Shown here one piece after another: positions 11,807 through 25,485 of a stretch of DNA of 64,000 bases. Both the position numbers and the translations under genes were made by a program. Positions within the stretch are counted from its first letter, which is position 1, and each line of letters opens with the position of its first letter. The notes beneath the pieces were generated by a model. It saw nothing but the letters and a program-made list of their open reading frames with translations, was not told the origin of the DNA and did not search any database. The stretch spans positions 82,522,001-82,586,000 of the forward strand of contig NC_092349.1 in the NCBI RefSeq assembly GCF_963676685.1, read 5' to 3'. Source of the DNA: Mytilus edulis. Lineage: Eukaryota.

Positions 11807-11909
11807 TATATATATATATATATATATAAATAAGCAGTGAATGGGGTTGTTTAATTTGATAGATGCTTTTGTGCTTTTTAGTTAAATATTTGTGTGTTTT
11901 TTTCTAATT

Positions 11910-12210
11910 GAGATTGTGACACATTGATGACTGCTGTACACCTTTTTTTTGACAATTTTACCTATTGTGTCTGTTTTGTTGTAAATATAATGGAATTTAA
12001 TACGACTGTCATACAAGTGAGCGGTTAACCGCTATAAAACCAGGTTCAATCAATCATTTTCTACAGTTGAAAATGCCTGTACCAAGTCAGGAATATCACA
12101 GTTGTTGTCCATTCGTTTAATGTGTTTTATCATTTGATTTTGCCATTTGACTAGGGACTTTCCGTTTTGAATTTTCCTCGGAGTTCTGTATTTTCGTGAT
12201 TTTACTTTTT
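11910..12210 (+). repeat. Dispersed SINE-like repeat (other copies ~13090-13300, ~17200-17460, ~60780-61060)
   Basis: Shared actgtcatacaagtgag...aaaatgcctgtaccaagtcaggaatat...gtgattttacttttt. Confidence 0.75.
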
Positions 12211-14133
12211 ATTATATAATATAATTTAAAGAAGAGAAATCATGACTGTAAATGAAGACTAACATACGCTACCTTAACGTATCCAATGCTTCCAAAGACG
12301 TGTTCCACGTCAGAAATAATTGTTATCACTTTAAACCTAATAATCTAAACAGCTTCTGGGCGATTGAAAGACCACAAATCAAAACTTCAGAAGAACCACA
12401 CGATATGAAGTTGAACATGTACTGGATACAGATATGATACAAAATCTATAAGATTCGTTTATGTGTACTTTGGGAAGCTTATACAAATTGCAAACCTTGC
12501 GCTGTCCAGTTGTTGTTGATGCATGTTCATTTACGACCTTTTCTTCAGTAAAAGTTAGGATATACCGTGACGACGCGTACTGGTATATGTGTGATCTCAG
12601 TTTTGGGTAATTCACTCAGTTTGTAATTAGGTAAACGACCAAACCAGCACAAGGAGCTGGTAAAGTGGTTGTATGAAAATTGCACTTGTCTCAGAATATA
12701 TTTAAATATTAAGGTATATAGGAATATTTTTTTCTGACACAAGTGCCTGTGGATATATATAAGAAAATTCAATTTAGAAAACTTATTTAAAATTCGTAAT
12801 TGCAAATAATCATATATAAATTAGATCATATATTTTTTTAGACATAACTGATTGAAATAAAAAATAAAAAAGAATGTCCGAATCATACGTCTGACATATA
12901 CTTAGATACTCAAATATTAAAATTCCTATAGAAACGAATCGATAGCATAACATTTCAAAAGAAGAAAGATACACATTTTTATGTCATGATAATTACATTG
13001 GTAATCCGTTTCATTATTTATTCAATGTGTAATAATGATGATGTTACAAGATTAAGAAATAATTCCAATTACAAAAAAACCTGAAACGTATACTGTCATT
13101 CAAGTGAGAGGTTTAGCTAGCCATAAAAACAGGTTCAATCCACAATTTTCTACATAAGAAAATGCCTGTACCAAGTCAGGAATATGACAGTTGTCATCCA
13201 TTCGTTTGATGTGTTTGAGCTTTTGATTTTGCCTTTTGATAAGGGACTTTCCTTTTTGAATTTTCCTCGGAGTTCAGAATTTTTGTGATTTTACTTTTTA
13301 TTTGTCTCTGTGTGTACTAGATTACTATTTCGTTTAAACTTAGAGATGATAAGATGAAACGTCTGGTGTCTCTATGTAATATAAAAGTCTTGAATAATTT
13401 AGCAATTTATAAAATATCACTATATAAATTGTATAATTATACATTTATAGTGAATATAATAAATTATCAATGAATTAGAGGAGTTTTATTAAATGCCAGG
13501 AATAATGCTAAAAGAGAACAAAGAAAAATAAGATTAATGATTTTCGAAAAATGTTGAGAATAATTTTATTTCATTTTCAATGAAACCCAGACGTCTGGTT
13601 GTCAGTGTTATTTCATTTGTAAATTAAATTCGTATTAAACTACGAGTAGTACAAACACATGTCCAATAAGTGCGATGGATCATTCCTATTAATTACCCAT
13701 ACTTCACGTCTTTCTGTTGTCTCCTCAACATTTCCATTCGTAAATGTATTTCGAGTTATACTCCAGAAAAATGTCTTCGTGATTTTTTTCTAATTAGACT
13801 TTCTAAACAGGCGGAAAGTCCAAATATAAGACCATGTAAACGTAACCAAATACTTGTGTAGGATTGTTTAATTAAACTCTGCTATCTTCACGACGTAAAT
13901 ATTTTCAGTTTGGGAAAACGAGAGATAACTAAAAATACTAAAAAAATCGACTACGCAGTTTTGATTAATATTTTAAAACAACTAATTAGTTTGTAAAAAT
14001 AGTGGGCATCATCAAATCATATTAATCATTGGTATACTTATATAACCTAATGCTATCGGAGTTCCAATAGATAACGAAATCCGAGAGGTGATACGTTCAC
14101 CTGTTGTAATCTCACGAAACGAAAATAAACCCG

Positions 14134-17100
14134 ATGGCGGTGTTTTATTTCCTTGTGGTGACCATTCTACCCGCGCTTGTTGTATCTTTACCAACCACAG
14201 ACCTATTGAAGGAGACATTGTCAACGGTAGACCGGGCTTTGACATTTTTTAGTTCAGATTATAGTAGCATCAATGTGGACGGATTATTTGGACTAAGAAT
14301 CGGACAGGGTGAGTGTCAATATTTATCGTAGTTATTGTTTAAATAAGCAAATCTAAGTGAATTGTATTGCATTATAATACAACGTCAATGAGTTAGTTTA
14401 CCAGTCATATTTTTATTCATATTCTGAAATTATAAAGTCAATTGCAAAAGAGATAGAATTAAATTAAAACGAACGGTCTTTATATCAATATTTATCCGTT
14501 ATTGTATTAATAAGCCAATCTAGGTAAACGTATGCCTTAATATTACGCCAATGAGTTAGTATACCCCCTATTGTTATTCATATTATAAAGTCAATTGCAA
14601 AAGAGGGTGAATTTAAAATAAAAGGAAAGGTCTTATCAATTACCAATGTATACATTCAAGGGTTATATAGTACGTAGAAAATTGAGAAGAAATCCCAGTT
14701 TGATATGGTATTTTACGTTTTGTATATCAAGTTTATTGCAAAAGAGGATAAATTTAAAATACAAGGAACGTCTTATAAATTACCAATGTATGCATTCAAA
14801 GGGTTATATAGTACGTAGACAATTTAGAAATTCAAGTAAAAAATTAAAAACCAATTCTTCAGAGAACAATTGAAGGTCTTTCCACCTCGATAATAAGAAT
14901 GAAATTTAAAAAACGATGTTAGAAAATGTCACTCCTTGTTGATGTTATTTGGTTCTTCAAATTGATATAAAAAATAAGACTAATAGGTATATGCAGAAGA
15001 CTTGAAATTATTTTTAGCAAAGGTCAAAATCTAAAATGTCAAATTGACCTTTGACCTTGACCTCAATTTCAAGGTCATAGGTCAGGGATCTCAAATCAAA
15101 AGACCCCAGGTCAATCATTTGTATGGTTGTGGAGAAATACTGATTTCAAATACATAAGGGGAGAAAACTCCTATAAGGGTTAACCAAAACACTTCGACTG
15201 AAATAGATTGAAGTTGCGCCTTTTTGTAAACAGCATTCAAAATTTATAACATGACCTTGACCTTTGACCTTGATCTCAATTTCAAGGTCATAGGTCCGTG
15301 AACACAAAACGGAAGACCGGAGGTCAATCACTTGTATGGTTGTGGAGAAAAACTGATTTGAAATACATAAGGGGAGAAAACTCCTATAAGGGTTAACCAA
15401 AACACTTTGACTGAAATAGGTTGAAGTTGCGCCTTATTGTAAACAGTTATTTAGTAAACACATCATATCATTTACTGTCACAGTTTCTGTGGTATAACGA
15501 TAACAAGCAAAATTCAAAATTTAGAACATGACCTTGACCTTTTACCTTGACCTCATTTTCCTTCAAATGGACCAAGGACTTCATATCAAAAGACTGTAGG
15601 CCTCTACGACTTATAACGTATGAATTGATCCAACAAATCGCCTATCTTAAATTTTCAAAGGGAAATAACTCCCTTAAGATGTCTTCCGATCACTAAAGTC
15701 AAAATAATTCAAATCATTCTCAAGAGTAGACGACCAATTTGGTGAAAACAGTTTGCTAAAATCTTTTACGGTTTTAGAGATATAGCGATAACAAGAAAAA
15801 GGGGACGCAGGGAGATAACTCCTATAAGAATAAGTGTTCGGTCACACAGGGTGAGTTTCGAAACCCCCATTACTGTACAACATCATTGGCCAAAAAATCC
15901 ATTCTATATGTTGTAAGACAAAAAAGCATCTCAGACGGCAGAAGAAAAAAAAAAAAAAAAAAAAATAATCAGAAGAAAAACAAAAGGTCTTTCCACGAAA
16001 AGTGGAAAGACCTAATTAGTATTTCAGGTGTTTAACAAGCAATTTACACACACATATAAGGGGTATTTTCAATTGGTGCTTTTTATAATCTTCTACATTT
16101 TTGATATGCCACAGATTATTTCATTGCAAAATGGAAGATTATATCTTAAATTTGAGATTCTATGTAGATTTGCTTGCTTTCGATTCAAGCTGAAAGACTG
16201 TTTTTGTGTAAATGAAAAGAAATAGAACATTGCAGTTAAACTATTCAAATGACCATTTATAATCGTGATATGCAAGTGCAAAATACTTGTATATAGAAAG
16301 TTGTGATTATCATTCGATCATTATGGTCATGATGGTATCTAGTGATTTAAGAAGTTTTGGTAAATCATTAAAATGCATATTTTGTCTATGGTATAACAGA
16401 AATTGCCGACAGATACGATTAAGATAGGAAGAGAATTAGTTGTAAGCTAATGCTGATGAATGTCATTACAGAATTAAAGTTTCAGTTTTAGAGTAAGCCC
16501 TGTAACAAAAACCAAAATTAATCCTCGAAGACATGCAAAGTCTATTTGATGTACGTTATTCATGACATTTATATGTAGCTTTACATTTTTATCAGTTTTT
16601 AAGTAAATATTAAACTGATTAACCCGTGTAATAATGTTATATTTTAACCTATCTACTTTCAATTCTTGTTTAAGTACTAAACGTTTTTTTTTAGAACCAG
16701 ATGTTAATTTATTGATTTTATTGAAACACAATTCCAAAATACTGTGCTCATCAATGCAGAAATGAGATATATTTTTTAACAGATATCAGTTACTTAAATA
16801 TTGAATTTCAAAACTGTGTGATCTTAATATAAACAAGCACATTTTAAATCGAGACTTTAAACATCAGTATAATCTCTGTTATATATGTACATGTTCGCTG
16901 CAGCTGTTAAATATGTATTGAGACATGAAAGTTTTAAAAGCGACCTTTCTTCTCAAATCTAATTGATATAGAAAAAGGCCTTCAAAGTACTATTCACTTT
17001 TTTTTCTTCGTGTATCTTTTTATTGACAAAGCACGTCGAATAAATGAATCGTATTTAAAATAAGATTGAGAATAAGTGGATAATGCAATTTAAACATTAT

Positions 17101-20100
17101 TAATTATCTATGAAAATGAGGTCAACATGGTCAAGGATAAGATGAAACATTTGGACAGTCATAAACATATTACAATAATTCTTTATAAGTTTTGTTATGA
17201 TTAAGATAATAACACAATGTTGACCTTTGTACCCCTATTTTTGACATTTTTACCTATTAGGCCTACGTGAGAGGCTTAGCTAACTATAAAACCAGGTTTA
17301 ATCCAACATTTTCTACATAAGAAAATGCCTGGACCGAGTCAGGAATATGCCAATTGTTGTTCATTCGTTTGATATGTTTGAGCTTTTGATTTTGCCATTT
17401 GATTAGAGACTTTTCGTTTTGAATTTTCTGAGTTTAGATTTTTTGTGAATTTACTTTTTTCACCGAATACAGTTGGTCAATTATTTATAGTACTTGAGAA
17501 ACAAACACCACGAACACAAAGTTGATCACACTGCCACACACATTAAGGTCAAGATGATTTCTAATTACTCAGTTGACCACATATGACATGTATCGATTAC
17601 AACTATGAAAATAATGTTAAGGACAAAGACATATATGTCAGGCGATATATAAATAGGATGCAATATTATTTCTGTAATATAAATCTGTATATATATTACG
17701 AAAATATGTGGACAATCGATGTATATGAAATTCTAAAATATGAAGCAGCACCCATTTCAGATGCTGAATGGTTCTGCGACATTCGTCATAAAATAGTAGA
17801 GATAGAAAGTGATGGTTAAATTTGATGTGTTAATCTTTAGCACTTGTTTCAATACAAATTTCTCCAATTAGAGTTTAGCCGAAGATTTAAATGTGTATTA
17901 GGTATAAAGATATAAAAAAAACCACCGAAAGATATTGTATTGCATCATGTTTATTTCAATAATTTGTCGCTAGAATAATGGTAATTGTTAATTAAAGCAT
18001 TGTATCAGTACATCACTGAAGTGCTGATTTATGTCCTCATCCTATGTAGTTACATTTGTATAGAAATAATGTGATCATTCAATTGAAACATACTTTGACT
18101 AGATCTTTTGTTTAATTAAATTTGATTGATATATAGTAAACTTAAATAAATTTGATTGTGGAAGTTAATATGTTATTTTGATGTTTCATTTTGGCACTTT
18201 CGCCATGAATATCTCAATTTGTTATCATTTAGAACCGGACTGTAAGATTAAGCTTTGTTTCATATCTTAGATTATGAATATATAGATATTGAAATAACGG
18301 GTACTGTTCACTGATGCTACTGCAGTACTAAGTGCAACGGTTTTGGCATAATCATGATAATGTTTGAAAAACACTTTACAAGTATTCCACATTCCAAACT
18401 AAAATACAAATTGAAAGAGTTGGTATTGCTTTGTTTCATAAAAAAGAAAAGGCAACGCAGATACAAGTATCTTGTCTTGGGAAGGGATAAATCCTACTTT
18501 GTAAAAGATCACTCTGATTCAAATAAAAAATTCTCTGAAACTGACATTATCAAGATGTTGACAACATATTTGTTACCTTCGGAGGACGTGTTTTTCAACA
18601 GACTATCGGGATTCCAATGGGAACCAATTGTGCCCCTCTTCTTGCCGACTTGTTTCTTAATTATTATGAGGCTGACTTCATACAGGAACTTCCTAGGAAG
18701 AAAGATAAGAATTTAGCAATATCCTTTAACTCTACTTTCTTCTATGTAGTTAATGTTCTTTCACTAAATAATTCGAAATTTGGTGACTATTTCGAATGCA
18801 ACTATCCCATTGAACTAGAGTTAAAGGATACAACAGATACAGTTAAGTCTGCCTCATATCTTGACTTACATCTAGAAATTGACAATGAGGGTCGATAGAA
18901 AACAAAACTTTACGACAAAAGAGATGATTTCAGCTTTTTTAATGGTGAACTTTCCATTTCTAAGTAGCAACATTCCAGCAGCAGCTGCATACGGTGTATA
19001 TATCTCCCAATTGAAACGATATTCCCGTGCTTGCATTTCCTAATGATTTTCTTAATAAAGGGTTGTTGCTCATAAGAAAGCTATTAAATCAAGAGTTCCA
19101 AATGGTGAAGTTGAAATCATCTCTTCGTAAATTTTACGGACGCCATCACTAGTTGGTTGACCGTTATGGAATAACCGTTTCACAAATGATATCGGATATG
19201 TTCCTTACGTCGTAACTACAATCCCCTTCCTTTTCATAAATGTGACCTACCGAATTAGACTATTTATCGGATTTTATATCTCATAAGCAACACGACGGGT
19301 GCCACATTTGGAGCAGGATCTGTTTACCCTTCCGGAGCACCTGAGATCACCCTTAGTTTTTGGTGGGGTTCGTGGTGTTTATTCTTTAGTTTTCTATGTT
19401 GTGTCATTTGTACTATTGTTTGTCTGTTTGTCCTTTTTATTTTTAGCCATGGCGTTGTCAGTTTATTTTCGATTTATGAGTTTGAATGTCCCTCTGGTAT
19501 CTTTCGTCCCTCTTTTAAAAGATTCCGTTTATAATATCCAAAATTATTACGAAATCAAGGTTCAGATCCCTCAGGCAAAGTTAACCCTACAAGGTTTACT
19601 GAATTTGGCTATTTTGTATTTTCCGTTTGTTCATATAGATCATAATATTTCAGCGTATTTATATATTCCTGACTTTTAAAAGTTAAGTTTTGAATGTCTT
19701 GGCGAAGTTTATCCAGCTTCAAGTTAATACAATATTCCATACTTTGGCACAGCCTGGTTAATACATGTAGTTCTTGTGAAATGTTTTACAGGTTTAGGGC
19801 CGATCATCGTTTTTGTAATCCTTCTACCCATTGTCCATACTACAATCTGCTTTTCGTCGACTAATTAATGTTTTCAAATTTCAAATTGTCCTCTTGATGT
19901 CTTTTGTTCTGTTTTACAGGTCAATTGATAGAGGCTGCAAATGTATGTGCCAAAAAGAAAAATTGTGGAGAATATCTGAAACTTTTGAAATCTTTAACAA
20001 AACAACTCGATGAAACATGCGAGAAAGCATTACCATATATAGAGCAGAGTGATCCTGATTATTACAAAAGATTTGAGCAAACAATTTCAAAACCATATAT

Positions 20101-23100
20101 TCTGCCATATACATCAACCAAATTTGACTCTTCTGTTTTGTCCAGTATACGAACAGGAACAAACTCTAGCTATGTGGAGGAGGAAGGAGACGCATGTTAT
20201 GCAAGAATTATGGGAACGTTCGAAGAACCGAAATCAGGCCTGTAAGTTAATAAACTGTTATAAAATTAAACATAATTAGATAGTTTGAAATGTGAAATTT
20301 AGTACAAAAATAATGTGTGACATAAGCCAAAATTTAATATTTCTTGCATTCACAATTTAACAATCTTCCGTATTATCTTAGTATACACGTTAATAAATGT
20401 AGAGGACCACAAACTCATATTATCCATTTTAATAGTATTAAAGTTCTTGCTTTAAAATCTTGTATAGCAGCCGTGGACTTGAAACACGTAGAAACCTCTC
20501 ACTACTTGATGATTGAAAATTGTTTTTAGACTAATTAAGAAAGTCAAATAAATCAATGATCTACGTGGTATATCTTCCTGAGACATATAGATGACTGTAT
20601 AGTATTTTTTTGTCCTCAAAATGAAACCTTGCTTAAATATGTGTTTGGCTGGGACTGAGATTCTGTTACCAACATGTAAATTCGTATAAACTGCTAAACA
20701 AAACAAATGGAAGTTTATAACGACCCTTGGCTGCTAAACCGCAATTGATTTTATGATGTGTGATGCCTACGAATACCCACAATTCTTAACCCTTAGCACA
20801 CGTTTTCCTTACCAAACCTTCATTCATCGCAAAGCTAATAAAATACTTCTATCCATAGGATGTATGTCATATTAAGCGATCTAATAGATTTACAAAAATC
20901 TGCTAGTACCATTACAAAGTTTTATTTAGAATTTGAATACTCGACAATAGCGTAATTTGAGGCAATACGATATTGTGTATTATATCTGGCAATTTGTGGG
21001 ATAACAATTTGATAAAACAGTTCTTTAATGTACGAGTTTAACAGTTATTTAACTGCTTCAACCCTTATGAATTCGAGATCATATTTAGCGTGCAATGCTT
21101 TTCTGTTTCTTCACACATTGCTCATTTTAATTTTGCAGCAAAACAACTCGTTGTAACATCACTAATTCATGTTATAATATGATGACGTCACAAGGTACAT
21201 CTAAATATGCTATCACACATCAGCTGTTATTCTTTATGGTGATAGAACATGTAAGTATATTTTAATAGTAACATGTTATCTGGAATGTATATTGGCTAAT
21301 ATTTGAAATTAATACGAGCATATCACGGAATCATTTTTCAATGTCACCACGTTTTCAAATTTTCTAGTATATTGTCTGCTAATATACTGTCCTAGATTTG
21401 GTGCTGAAAATCAGAATAGCGTTTAACGTCCAAAATCACCCTGATTGTAAGAGTGTTAATGATAAAGTTCTTTTTTAGTAGATTATTAGAAAGTGGTGAA
21501 TAGGTATTGCTACACCAGTATTACTGAAAGGAAATCTTTTTAAAAACAGATAAGTTGAGGACAACAGTAGTTGACCGATGTTCTAATCTCTTAGATCACA
21601 AACACCCCCGCAGACCGTAATACAAAGGAGTAGGTCCGGTAAGGCCCATTTTTGGCCCAAAAATATAACAGTTTTACAAAATTGTTAAAATGTAAACTTT
21701 TAGTTATTTATTGGACAGTTGAATGCTTCTGCTACATAAATATGGGCTGTTTTTGACAATACAATGCACATATATCGGGTTGTAGCACTATTAAGTCATG
21801 CTAAATTACTGAAATCTTCAAAATTCTATCATTTTAGTTAAATTTTAGACGGTTTCCGTGTAAAACGAAAGTGGCCGCATTCGTGTTCATCCTTAATATT
21901 GCAATGTAAGTTGTATTTTATGATAATACATAACATATATAAAGGTTGTGGATGAACACGGATGCGGCCACTTTCATTTTTGACAAAAACAATCTGAAAA
22001 GTGACGATTTTTGGCATATTTGAGAGATTTTTCATATTTGAGCTTCAATCGAATCGTTTTTAATGACTTAATCAATTAAAATCTTTCACATAAACTAATT
22101 GAATCAAGTAAAATAGACACTTAAGTGTTTAAAAAGTGGTCAAAATCTTTCTTCAGATGAAACTGAAATTTGAGACCAAAATGAGTCCTTACCGGACCGA
22201 CTCCTTTCAAATCGACGAAGTAGTAATTAACCATATAGAAATGCATGTCAAAGTTGAGATCGATTCTAGCGAGCAGTTGATCCCTTTTATGAAACTAAAG
22301 TTGCAATATTCTCAAACAATGTCATTGCTCTCTTTAGACCACATGGGTTTAATGATTTCTGTTGTTGTTTTTTTGTTTTTGTTTTTTTTTTTAAATTATT
22401 TACGTGTACCTGATGATGGTATTTCCAACAGTGAAGTAACCATTTTTGTGGGTATTGTGCGCTAGGAAGTTATGGAGTATGTTTTAACATTATAGTTAAT
22501 ATGTTTATGACGTAAATGTTACTTACAGCTCGATCAGGTAAAATTAAGTAATAGTATGGAAAATAAAATCTTTGTTATTACTATTCTAGGCAAATTAGGA
22601 AAAACGTTCAGGGCTAGACGTTCGAATAAATAGTGTTTAGTTGTTGGAATTAATTTAAAAGAACCTACCTGTCATGTATCATTTGCTTGTTTGTAGGTAG
22701 GTTGTACTGAACAGGTAGAAAAATTCATCAATGGACATAAATTACGTGAAATACAACAAGGATTCTGCCAGAAAATATACAAAGAAGCCGATAACTTAGT
22801 AGTCAATGGAAAGGTGAAATCATCTCATAGAGATTTGTTCCTAGAACAAAGTAAGTTATCGTTAAGCTTTCCATAAGCTCTATAATAGATTTTCAAGGAA
22901 CTTTACACTTGATTGTACGAAGTAATTCTTTGAAACTTTGCTTTCAAAACCAAAAGATTTCACAAGTTGAAATGATAATACTAAATGGTATATTATACAT
23001 CTAGAGTTATTTTATCTATAATATTCCGGAGAACGTAAAATATTCTGAATCCCATATTTATCTATACTAGTTACTCCAAGTTTTATTAACCAACAAAGCT

Positions 23101-25485
23101 GTTTCAGAGACGATGAAACTATGTCCTATGTTATTTAACATCGACGAATATGTGTGGCATCATTCCCGTTACAGGTATAATGCAAAGTTAACACTTGGAA
23201 TCGACCTTTACTCCACAGAGTCTTTTGTAGACCAAACGAGCATCTGGCGTTCAAAATTACAATCATGGTATCGATGATGAGTTTCTGTATTGCCATAGGA
23301 AAAGTTTCCACATTTGGATCCCTTAAACACAACGAGACTGAATACACAGACGTTTTACACATAAATATAAAAGTTTATTTAAGCTCCCTATGAGATTACT
23401 GGTGTTTCATTATAATGATAAATAAAACACAAAAATTCTGTTCATTCAGGTGTATTGTGTGGTTCCTTGGGATTTGAAGATTTCTTTAGATCTGATTGGA
23501 TAAAAATGACCTTGACATGGCCAGACAAAAAAGATGGTTGTATGAAATCATCATGGACACAGCTACTTGAAATCGACAGCCAAAAACTAGTTAACTCGCT
23601 GTTTACTAATCCTAAAGCTCACCAGCTTGCTGGAGACGTGGGCAAATCAATTGAAAATAAGTTTGAAGAGGAATTGAAGAAATTAAGGTATGGATTCCTG
23701 GACTTAATAACTCTTGTTAAATTACCAAAATGTGTATCGCTTCCAATGTTCAATATCATACTTGAACACAAAAAAAAAAACATTCACGTAATACTCTGTT
23801 TCACTTTACGAAAAGCTAGGAACTTGAACTAAAAAGTTCATGTAAACAAAAACAATCATGGCAATGCCAGACAAAACTTTCATAATGAAAAGGAACTATC
23901 TTTTAATGAAGCAATTAAATGTGTTAAAATCTCTTAAGATTCATGTTATGACAAACTGGTGTTATCACAAGTCACGATTCAAACTTATTATAAACTAATA
24001 ACTCTGGGGTATGGAATTTGAAAATTGTCAAACTCAACATGGAGATTTTTTCATATATCAATAGAACAAAAAAATTGTAAACACTAAAACTTATTCTGAA
24101 CTTTATTTGTAGTATAGGGAGAAAAGTGTAAGCCTTTAATAAAGACATTAAAACAACTCCATTATGATCACCTGGAAGTCATGACAAGTTGATAATGAAT
24201 TTAAAGTAGACAGAACTTATCTGACAATAGCAATAAATAGACAAAAACTACTGCCCCAACCATTAGATTAAAACAAAAGGTAAATAATGCAATTGTACCA
24301 CGTACTGCAAGATGTCAATATATCTATTTGAAAGTATACATACTACTTGAAAAAAAGTATGTGTCTCGTTCAAGTTTTCTTATAACAAGAATAACTAATT
24401 ATTGAAGACATGTGAAGCATATTTTTTATGAAGAAAATACTAGTAGCTAAAACATGTTATATTCATCTTGTATACTTTCAGTGGTTCTAAAACAATGAGG
24501 AAACTTCTGAGAGAAAAGGCAATGAAAGGTAACTATTCGTGTCTCCCCTTATATTTATGTATAATAATATCTAATCATCAACCACCGGTGTCCTGTAACC
24601 ATTCCCCTTTTTAATCATTGACTGTAGTTTTCTATTTATAATACTTTTTGAAAATTGAAAGTTGTCAAAAATATATTTTTAACTTGATAAAACCTGTTTT
24701 TGCTACTATTCGGAAGGGTAGTTGAGCATACTTAGTAATGAAAAAAAATAAAGGCAACAGTAGTATAACGCTGTTCAAAAGTCATAAATCAATTGAGAGA
24801 AAACAAATCCGGTTACAAACTAAAACCGAGGGAAACATATCAACTATAACAAGTATAAGAAGCAAACAACGAAACAACAGATACATTGAAATGCAACAGA
24901 AACAAACGACAATGCAACACACACAGAAACGAACTATGAGATAGCACTAAAATTTCCTGACTTGGTATAGGACATTTAAAAAAAATCGTAAGTTGAACCT
25001 GGTTTTGTGGCTGGCTAACCCTCGCGCTTTTATGGGATTGTTAACTTTATATAACACTACATTGACAACATTATACGACAGGAATACAGTACTAATAAAT
25101 GCAAGAACATTCAGGACAGAGAAATACACAAAAAACAATACAGTTGTACATTTTGAATTGCTAACTGCAGAATGAAAACAACTTTGTAAAACAACCTAGT
25201 GCAGCACACCAGAACCACGAACTGTCTGTCACACGACTGGATCAACGCCACATAAGTGCATCAAAGGTAAATTTCTAGAATTTGATATAATACAAGATTG
25301 ATAAAATTTGATAAAATTCAAGATTAGGATGAAACTAATAATGTCCCCCTTATTTTTATAATGCACTATTGCTTCGACTTTAAATACCATTGTTTGTATT
25401 TTCAGATGACTGCATGGCCCATGCCTCAGGATTGGCTTTTGGAACATTCGGCAGTTATGTACGCTATTTAGTGCTGCAGTTATAA
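14134..25485 (+). CDS. Secreted UPF0764 / C16orf89-like protein; exons 14134-14308, 19920-20241, 21139-21250, 22697-22850, 23450-23687, 24482-24528, 25406-25485
   Basis: Signal peptide MAVFYFLVVTILPALVVS; all introns GT-AG with compatible phases; family motifs INVDGLFGLRIGQGQL, YAITHQLLF, DLFLEQSVLCG..GF, W..DGC, REKAMKDDCMAHASGLA. Confidence 0.88.
14826..16016. mobile_element. HINE/Helentron-like non-autonomous element in intron 1
   Basis: ggtctttccac at both ends, 3' palindrome ggtctttccacgaaaagtggaaagacc, internal ~243-bp repeats carrying tgacctttgacct, A-rich borders. Confidence 0.6.
18365..19515 (+). mobile_element. 5'-truncated, frameshifted Penelope-like element (RT + 3' tail; probably Naiad/Chlamys-type)
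   Basis: GIPMGTNCAPLLADLFL, SASYLDL, KLYDKRDDF, SNIP motifs across frames; no GIY-YIG downstream of RT; homologous to 56655-57635. Confidence 0.8.
21625..22207. mobile_element. MITE with ~35-bp TIRs and an internal inverted repeat
   Basis: aaggagtaggtccggtaagg... / ...ccttaccggaccgactcctt; internal aaagtggccgcattcgtgttcatcc / ggatgaacacggatgcggccacttt. Confidence 0.75.

Noticed and set aside
11160-11840. Duplicated 70-79 aa ORFs as genes
   Set aside because: TTG starts, overlap tRNA-like structure, no protein motifs
22403-22435. Hammerhead (gtgtac CTGATGA tggtatttcca)
   Set aside because: GAAA box, stem III and the 3' strand of stem I are missing; at most a remnant
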